NCBI RefSeq assembly: GCF_964204865.1
Contig: NC_135253.1
Span: forward strand, 6,758,001-6,822,000
Length of the DNA stretch: 64,000 nt
DNA from: Styela clava
Taxonomy: Eukaryota
Direction of reading: 5' to 3'
Made by a program: the position numbers and the translations under genes. Position 1 is the stretch's first letter. Every line of letters starts with the position of its first letter. Below, piece after piece: positions 13,501-21,510 of the stretch. The notes beneath the pieces are model-generated. The model worked only from the letters and a program-made list of their open reading frames with translations, did not search any database and was not told where the DNA came from.

Positions 13501-15332
13501 ATCATCAAGTGCTGATGTAGATTTATCGACAGCAGAAAAAAATACATCTCCTCGAAACCAGGATAATTGTGACAGTATCAACAAGACAAAACTTACGTCA
13601 AATGAAAAATTGGAAGAGTTTGACCAAAATTCTTGCACATCCAGTATTGTGAGGAAAATGCAGCAAGAGAAAGTGTATTCAAAAAAGGAGGAAACTATAG
13701 TCAGTAACGTGAGTATTAAAATGGGATTTATTGTCAAATTTGTCGCGAGATTATTTTACTGCAAACCTCAGAAATAGATGGATTAGCTCCTGAAAATATC
13801 TCATAATATATACTAGTTTCATAAAAATTATTTGGAACATTGATCTAATCTGTCTCGTTTATGTTATTTGGGCGTTGGGTACTCGCGTCAATACTTAAAA
13901 AATTCTCGCAAGCCAAATAAAATTATAGAAGGGAATGACACACATTTAGGTTTTCATTTGAAAAATATTTAGATCTGTACAAGGCTTGAATAACAAAATA
14001 GATTATTTATATTATACATTTTATAATTTGCATATTTAGTTCAGCTTCGATAATGTTTCATGATACAAACGTTGTAGTACATATAAGTTATTTTTCATTG
14101 ATTATTAATTCAGAGAAACAATGGATCTGATCTGAAACACAATCTTGAAGCTCTCCGTCGTAATTTATCACGAATGAATGAAAAACAACAAAGAGAATTC
14201 ATTTTCAAATATGAAGTTGACTCGTATGAGGTGAGAAAAATCTACAGTAATCACTGCTTGGAATTTTTCACTTTTTTTTAGGTTATTTCACCACAGAATA
14301 GAATATTTTAGAAACACAATTCACAAATAAAATCTTTCATTGAATAAATTGTATGCGAACGAATTTAACCTGTTTCTTGAGGATTCGTTTTGGTTTGTTC
14401 ATTTGGTACCAAATGTGTATTATTGATCCGACAAAAATGACGTAGAAATTAATTGAACTGAAAGATCCACGGGTTCAGTCGTTCTATCACTTATATATAT
14501 ATCTAAATAGCATACATTAATCAGGAATTACTGACAAGAAATCTATTTTGGTAACCCCGCGTGGAATTGTTGTAATGTATATACCCACTCATAAAAATGT
14601 TTTTCGAAACTGGCAAATACTGAAAACACTTTGCATCAATACTTGAAAATATATATTTTTCAGAACTTGATAGAATTAGAAGAGGAAAAAAACACACTCG
14701 TTGAAAGGATAAAATCTTTAGAGAAATCCCGGATCAAAACAAAAAATCCGTTTCGTTTTTTTCGAAACGTCATTCGATCAAAGTTTAGTTCGAAATCAAC
14801 AAAAAAGAACAATGTTTTAAAGAATCATCTCAAGGCGTCGTTAGCTGATCTTCAAATTAGAATGGAACTGGAACAAAAACAAAACAAAGAATGTAGAAAA
14901 ATTCTTCGTCAAATCGAGGAAGATTACGAACGAAAAATCCGAATCGGATCTCAAACATTGCTGCATCTTAAACATTACATAGTTAAGGACGTCATACGAG
15001 CAATGAAACTTCGAAAACAAGTTAAAAACCATCAAAACAGACCAGGATGTAACATCCATTGTCTCGATTGTATTTCTGGTTTGCATTCCAGAAAGACGTG
15101 TGAAAAATTCATTCCAAATTTGAGTAATTCAATTTTAACTGAGGAAGACGGATTTCTGTCAACTTGTCCAATTACCCAACTCATAAACTGTAAATACAAA
15201 GAGTTAAATTTGGATGATAATGAGCTAACTATTGAATTTAGATTGGCTGAACTCAAAAAGTTTCAAAAACAAGTACAATCGGCATTATTTAAAAAATCCT
15301 ATTTAAAGAGTGGCCAATTTATATTGCCATAA
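10519..15332 (+). CDS. Uncharacterised protein, predicted 4 exons (10519-12369, 12623-13708, 14114-14230, 14664-15332), ~1240 aa: two N-terminal hydrophobic segments, basic helix, duplicated acidic/Ser-rich region, C-terminal coiled coil
   Basis: Long ORFs 10474-12438, 12617-13777 and 14631-15332 join through phase-0 sites AAC|GTGAGT (12370, 13709), GAG|GTGAGA (14231) and acceptors CAG| (12622, 14113, 14663). No family recognised. Confidence 0.7.
11392..14221 (+). repeat. Intragenic tandem duplication: unit 1 11392-12730, unit 2 12731-14221
   Basis: Both units start ACGTTACCACATGTGGGCGAAAC and end AAATATGAAGTTGAC. Coding parts are near-identical; the unit-1 intron lacks ~150 bp present in the unit-2 intron. 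Confidence 0.95.
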
Positions 15333-15518
15333 ACTTTTGTGTCTGTTCCGTGTGTATTATTTTTGAAACTTGAATGTTATTTTGTTATATGTGATGGAAT
15401 ATAAGTTTATGCTTTGTTCTATCAATACTATTTTTATTTATTAATATATAATTTAATTTACAAATTGTCATATATTGTTTCTCGTGTATAATCTAGGACC
15501 GAAACGAATGTCCTTTAA

Positions 15519-16440
15519 AACAAGAGACATTGATCAAATATATGGGCACGAGATTTCACCCACAACTTCCCCACAAATCATATTCTAGACGAATTCGAAT
15601 CTATAGACCATCGTATCTCACTAATACCGGTACCCGGACTGATCTAACGGTACCAGGTTCTGTGACGATGATAAATCATGAGTATAGTGTCAACGTCAAT
15701 TAAAATACCAAATAATACGACTCAAATACAATTATAGTATCAAATCCTTCACAGTACCTTACTTTTTACAGTAAATTATTTAACGTACCTAGTCTCTAGT
15801 GCGTCACCAATAACGATCAACTACCGACTTTCGTGTAGCACGAGTTCAAAACGAAAAACAGCTGTTGTTACGCTTGGCGGATTAATAACCGTTCTCCCAT
15901 TAATTAGAGATAATACAGAAAAATTTTGAATAATCACATCTCATAGGCTTCATAGAAAATTTAGAAATAAATAAAAAATGAAGAAGAAGTGAAAAATACC
16001 AACAAGAAGAGCAACAACATAACAAGAGAGCAATGCTCAAATATATGAACACGAAAGCCAAAACGATATATTTTACTCACAATTTTCCCCTAGCTCTACC
16101 AAGTCCTGTAACAATGATGATTCATGAGTATTGTACCAACGTGGATTAAAATTATAAATATTTCAACTCACAATGTAGTATTCAATCATTTACATTAGAT
16201 AAAGAGAAAAACGATTTATTTTTACAAGAAGAAGGGAATACTAATAAGATGATCATCAACACCATTATATCCAAACATCCTTATGTACACTTCGTGTTCA
16301 ACAAGAGGAGGATGCTCAATATATGGACATGAATGCAAAAACGAAATAATACGAGTACGCAATCTGTCACGTTCGACAGTCTTCACGAAACGCGAAAACT
16401 GAACCGCCATAAGGTGCGCGATTTTGATTTTCAATCGGCC
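15519..16440 (-). mobile_element. Cluster of three head-to-tail Helentron-associated (HINE/DINE-1-like) non-autonomous elements (starts at 15519, 16021, 16300)
   Basis: Each begins AACAAGAG..ATGCTCAAATATATG(A/G)ACACG (reverse complement of the CTCTTGTT 3' end with hairpin and subTIR). The 16021 copy ends TGTACACTTCGTGTTCAA directly abutting the next copy. Internal blocks are shared with 25197-25667 and 54495-54850. Confidence 0.6.
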
Positions 16441-17778
16441 AGGTGAAAAATATCGGGTTACTTCTTAAATTTTTGCAGTATTGAGGTCTATTTAATTATT
16501 CTCATTTACCCGGGTCTAGATGTTGCTCTCGATTTGGTAATTGTGTCAAGCGGTAGGACCAAAACTAAAATCAAAACCGGAACCGGTTCATTGATACAGA
16601 TTGAATATACCTTCATACTCACCTCAATGACCACCACGAAACAATTCGTGACGAGTTGCAAAATGAAAAAGAAAATATTAAATTTTAACACCTGATGTCC
16701 TGCATGTGCGAATTAAAGATCCCTGATATATGTACACGAATACAAAAATAATTATATTTTAAGTAATTCACGTTGAAAAGTTTATTATTCTTTCCTAAAT
16801 TATATATGTACTTTGTGTACTTTCGGCGTGTGAAAACTAAATTACTGACGGACTGACTATTAAACATTTGGCTTTTCAGTAATTTTTGAAAAATTAATCA
16901 ATTTCAGTTCTAAAAAATATTTAAAAGACGTTAGTTCCGTGGATGCCGAGTTTCGTATCTTCGCACAATGATTAAATAGATAGTCCGTCCCGCGTTAATG
17001 AATATGAGACAAGTTATGCCGAACCCCAAATTTCCCGAATTAAGTTGGAATGGATAGTACTGGTGGCAGACCCAGGTTTCAAAACCATTATCCTGAACAA
17101 AATTACTATTTTGGTTGTGGTTTCAGCGTGAGCGTCGTCCGATGCGACACTTATCATTCATCAATCATTTCATTTGAGTCTTCTGATAGAGAGCCTAAAT
17201 CAAAACAAAACAAAACCTAAACGGACAAACAGAACTCAGAGATACCGGAACATAATTGATTTTGCTTAAACAAGCAAATAACATAATATTGCAGGCTATC
17301 GTGGGTACGAAAACAAAATCCCTTTAATCACAAATTTAGCAAAATAAGGAATACGTGATGCATTATCGCTCGTACATTAGCAGTCTGAGTTTATTTTTGG
17401 GCCCATATTCCTGCTAACAGTGTTGCAATAAAATTATATTTATAAAGTTACAACATGAGAGCTATGCTCAAATATATGAACACGTAGGATAATATATCAT
17501 CACTTCACCGAAATCCATAGGGTATCCTGCACGAAGATGAACAGTGAAACTGACTACTACCATAGTACCCGTACCCAGTACGGCACAGTTCACCTATTTC
17601 CAAAAAAGTCCCCATAATAAAATACAATAATTATATCTGTGACTGTAGGCCCCGCTTTCGAGAGACTATGCCCCATATTAAAATAAATTGATTATAACTG
17701 TGACTGCAAACCCCGCTTTCAAGAGCTGTTTGGGCTTCCGTCCCTTTCGGCAAAGCGGCACTGTTACACGTACACGTA

Positions 17779-18341
17779 TGTAACGATCAATCTTTCCTTT
17801 TTTAAATAATAACAATGTCATGGTTCATTTAACACCCATTATGACATCACATAGATGTCACGTGACGCGAGCCCGCGTTCGACCGACTCTGACTCAAGGT
17901 CAGCCCGTTGCTTCAGGTTGCGTCTTGCATTTGGCGGCGCCTTTCTAGTTTATGTTTCTGGCTTTGCTTTACCGTCGGTAGATTCCATTTTAGGTGATTA
18001 GCTAGTATGCTGCTTATTTATTTAGTTTGTTGTTAATTCAAGCATGTTTGTCCTACAGATGTAGACTTGTAGTTGGTAGCCCAAAAAATTCTTTAAATAT
18101 ACGGTATACGGCACACGGAATTAGAATATAATTTACAGTACACCGTATTATCTTTCGTCACTCAATAAAAGAACTGGATTAATTGGTTTCAAATAAATTT
18201 AACACATTGCAAGTTAGTGGCAATCATATTGGACGAAGGAATTTAGGAATACAGCCAGCTATATAGTCTACAGGCCGGCCATCTCGGTCGGGACGTATTT
18301 GTCGCCTTCAAATATCATCAGGTTAAAGGGCGTCACTTACA
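17779..18341 (+). repeat. 5' LTR of BEL/Pao element
   Basis: TG...CA termini, AATAAA at 18164, direct repeat of 24629-25191. Confidence 0.97.
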
Positions 18342-18482
18342 TCGTTTAAAGAATTTTGTGGCATTGAGTGGACAAGCCACTCAACGCATTTAGGATTGCC
18401 CAGGCCACAATTCAAGATTGACTTGTACAAATAAATTTCACTGACTGATTATTGTAAATTCATTTCTCTAATCATATCATTT

Positions 18483-21329
18483 ATGATGGCTTCAAACAGT
18501 TCAAGTGCTGATTGGCAAGTTTTTGATGATGCTAAAAGTACTGCATCTAATGGCTCGCATTGCAGCAGGATGTCTAGTGTCAGCCAGCGCTTGGAGCGTG
18601 CTCGTTTAACAAAGTTAAAGTTGGAGGAGATGGAGAATGAAGCCCAGCCCCAAAGACGCAAAGTGGAAATGGATCAAAGAAAAGTGGAAATGGATCAGAA
18701 AAAGGTGGAAATGGAGCAGAAAAAGGTTGAAATGGAGCAGAAAAAGGTTGAAATGGATCAAAGAAAGGTGGAAATGGAGCAGGCAAAGCTTGAAATTGAT
18801 ATTAACTTGTCACGCGCTAAGGCATCCATGATAGATGAGGAATTAGAATCTCTAGCGTCCGCCAGTCGGGCACCTTCATGTGTAGGTTCTATTTCTTCGT
18901 TACGACAAGATGTAACTCAAGTTTCAAATGTGCCTCCCGCAATGCCAAATAATGCATATGGCGAACAAGTTAATGCATGTCTTGATGAAGTTGAACCAGC
19001 GTCAGTTTCTCATGAGCACCAGACCAAGCAAACTCCTTCATTTCAAAGTCATCCTAGCCCACCTATTGCGTCACAAACATACATGAACAAAGATTATCTC
19101 CCTAGCATACAACAAGCAAATCATCCTTATCTTGGTCAGGTTCCCCAGTCGGAACAACAACGCTACTCAGGTGCTGAATACCACTCACCGGGAAGACATA
19201 ACGAGCAATGTAACATTAACCATACTGCTGCGGACAGATATCACCCAGTCTATCAAGCACCACAAGAGATGCAATATAATTCATCTTTTACATACAATAG
19301 CATTCTGCAACCTCAACCAAGAAGACAGGAGTCTAAACATGTTCCTGATAGACAAGTTTTTATGCAAGGTAATCCAACTAGCTATAGCCATGGGCCTACA
19401 CCAGTTTCGGTTGGTGATAACCAAAATTCAATGAGTCTTGCTGATGCTCTGTATTGCATGGCATCTTCAATTAGACAAGGACCTCAAGAAATAGAGAAAT
19501 TTGATGGAGATGCATTGAGTTATCACAGGTTTATTCAAAATTTTGATGATATGTATGATAGTAAAATTGCAGATCCTCGTACTAAACTTAACTATTTGAT
19601 TGATCAATGTACTGGAAAAGCCAGGAAAGCAATCGAATCGTGTATCATTGTAAAACCACCTTTGCAAGGTTATCTTGATGCTCGCTCAATTCTTAAGCAA
19701 CAATTCGGACGAGATTACAAAGTTGTAAACGCATTTATGGATTCACTCAAAAATGGCCCTAGCATAAAGCCACAAGATTCTGAAGCATTATATGATCTTG
19801 CCACACAAATGCGTAATTGTGGTATCATTTTGACAAATTGGGAACATAGTTCTAAGCTTGACAGTCAAGATCTGTTTGACAAAATCTATTTACGACTTCC
19901 AGTACCAATGCAAAGAAAGTTCACAAGACATCATACATCTACTTACAATAGTGACAAAGAACCAACATATCATGATTTGTATAAATTTGTTAATCAATCT
20001 GCAATATTGGCAGATACTAGGCTGAGCCGTCTCACTGCAGAGCAAAATTTGAAGAATAGAAATGCTATGCCAAAAAAGAGCTATAATTCTACCAAGGTGT
20101 CCGCTTATGTCACCCAAACATCACAAGTTAAGTCGTCCAATGTGTTTTCGGATTGTTTACTTTGTGATGGACCCCACAGGTTGTGGAAATTTGAATCCTT
20201 TATCAAGAAGTCTGTTCCAGACCGTACAAAGTTTATTCAGTCAAAAGCTTTATGTTTCAATTGTTTTCGTATCAAGCATGTAGCACGCAACTGTCCCAGT
20301 GACAACCGATGCAAAATTGAGAACTGCGGAAAATTGCACCATTCGCTTCTACACAACCAAGAACGTATCAGACAGGACAAGCCTTCTGATAGAAATGCAG
20401 CAAGTGACACTTCAACTCATGTTGTCAATGGAAGCACTGATGCATCAATTCTCAATTCAAGGAAAAGGGTATATCTCATGATTGTACCGGTTAATGTAAC
20501 TTCGTCAGATGGTTCACACTCTATAAAAACCACTGCACTTCTTGATTATGGCTCAAATGCAACTCTTTGTAAGCTAAGTCTTATGAAGAAACTTAGGGTG
20601 AAAGGGAAGCAAGATTCTTTCACAATTTCCACAGTCAATGGCCTACATAAGCAAAACGGCTACAGATTGGACCTAAATGTTAAGGGTCTACAGAAATATG
20701 ACAAGTTTATGTTGGAAGATGTTCTAGCTGTTGAGTCACTTCCAATACTTTCAGATGGACTTCCTACGAAGGCAGATATACAAAGTTACCGGCATCTTAA
20801 CGGTATTGATTTTCCTGAAATAGGGAATCATGAACCAGAATTATTGATTGGTGCTGATAATTATGAAGCTCTAATAATTCAAGATAGAAGACTAGGAAAA
20901 AAAGGCCAACCTGCAGCTGTTCATACCCCACTTGGATGGACACTCATAGGCAAAGATGTTTCAAGGGTCACCAATGGTATGTCTATCAATTTTGCTAACG
21001 TTGAAAAGGATATTCTTTGTGAACAATTGCAAAAAATGTTTAATTGTGACTTCAGTGAATCTGATTTCACTGAAGAATTTGCACCTTCAATCGAAGATAC
21101 GAGAGCTTTGTCAATCATGGAAAATTCAATATGTAAAGTTGATGGTCACTATCAAATGAGGTTACCATGGAAATGTGAAGAACCACAATTCCCACAGAGT
21201 TATAAATTTGCAAAGAAACGACTTGATTATTTGAAGAGAAAATTTCAACGTGATCCAGAATATTTTGATAAATACAAAGAAAAAATTCATGAATATATTG
21301 ACAATGATTATGCTAAGAAAATACCTTAA
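18483..21329 (+). CDS. BEL/Pao gag-protease part of the polyprotein (ends at a premature TAA near the start of RT)
   Basis: DUF1759-type Gag (EKFDGD...KLNYLIDQCTGKA...LKQQFG); knuckles CLLCDGPH(RLWKF), CFNCFRIKHVARNC, CKIENCGKLHHSLLH; protease ALLDYGSNAT; AVHTPLGW; GHYQMRLPWK. The same frame continues past the TAA as IWYFPHH..KFRLVFDC..SLNNHVLQGPD. Confidence 0.9.
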   Translation: MMASNSSSADWQVFDDAKSTASNGSHCSRMSSVSQRLERARLTKLKLEEMENEAQPQRRKVEMDQRKVEMDQKKVEMEQKKVEMEQKKVEMDQRKVEMEQAKLEIDINLSRAKASMIDEELESLASASRAPSCVGSISSLRQDVTQVSNVPPAMPNNAYGEQVNACLDEVEPASVSHEHQTKQTPSFQSHPSPPIASQTYMNKDYLPSIQQANHPYLGQVPQSEQQRYSGAEYHSPGRHNEQCNINHTAADRYHPVYQAPQEMQYNSSFTYNSILQPQPRRQESKHVPDRQVFMQGNPTSYSHGPTPVSVGDNQNSMSLADALYCMASSIRQGPQEIEKFDGDALSYHRFIQNFDDMYDSKIADPRTKLNYLIDQCTGKARKAIESCIIVKPPLQGYLDARSILKQQFGRDYKVVNAFMDSLKNGPSIKPQDSEALYDLATQMRNCGIILTNWEHSSKLDSQDLFDKIYLRLPVPMQRKFTRHHTSTYNSDKEPTYHDLYKFVNQSAILADTRLSRLTAEQNLKNRNAMPKKSYNSTKVSAYVTQTSQVKSSNVFSDCLLCDGPHRLWKFESFIKKSVPDRTKFIQSKALCFNCFRIKHVARNCPSDNRCKIENCGKLHHSLLHNQERIRQDKPSDRNAASDTSTHVVNGSTDASILNSRKRVYLMIVPVNVTSSDGSHSIKTTALLDYGSNATLCKLSLMKKLRVKGKQDSFTISTVNGLHKQNGYRLDLNVKGLQKYDKFMLEDVLAVESLPILSDGLPTKADIQSYRHLNGIDFPEIGNHEPELLIGADNYEALIIQDRRLGKKGQPAAVHTPLGWTLIGKDVSRVTNGMSINFANVEKDILCEQLQKMFNCDFSESDFTEEFAPSIEDTRALSIMENSICKVDGHYQMRLPWKCEEPQFPQSYKFAKKRLDYLKRKFQRDPEYFDKYKEKIHEYIDNDYAKKIP
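18657..18782 (+). repeat. 6 x 21-bp coding minisatellite in Gag encoding (R/K)KVEM(D/E)Q heptads
   Basis: Units such as AAAAAGGTGGAAATGGAGCAG read directly; in frame. Confidence 0.95.
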
Positions 21330-21510
21330 GACCATGTCCCATCTGATGAAAGGAAGATTTGGTATTTTCCTCATCACTCAACTGGTGAAAAGTTTAGGCT
21401 TGTGTTTGATTGTTCATTCAAGGTGGACAATATCTCTCTCAACAATCATGTATTACAAGGACCAGACCACTGCTCAAATCTTGTTGGAGTTCTAGGAAGA
21501 CATAGCCTTT

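Noticed and set aside
18290-18325. Hammerhead-like CTGATGA plus hairpin on the minus strand of the LTR
   Set aside because: The stem is followed by CGTC, not GAAA, so the catalytic core is incomplete.
18580-18831. Overlapping ORFs with PFPPF / KWKW repeats
   Set aside because: Alternative-frame readings of the 21-bp Gag minisatellite.
21327-21510. Programmed readthrough or frameshift between gag and pol
   Set aside because: The stop lies after the protease at the start of RT and is followed by a deletion removing a conserved RT motif. BEL/Pao elements normally have one ORF, so these are mutations.
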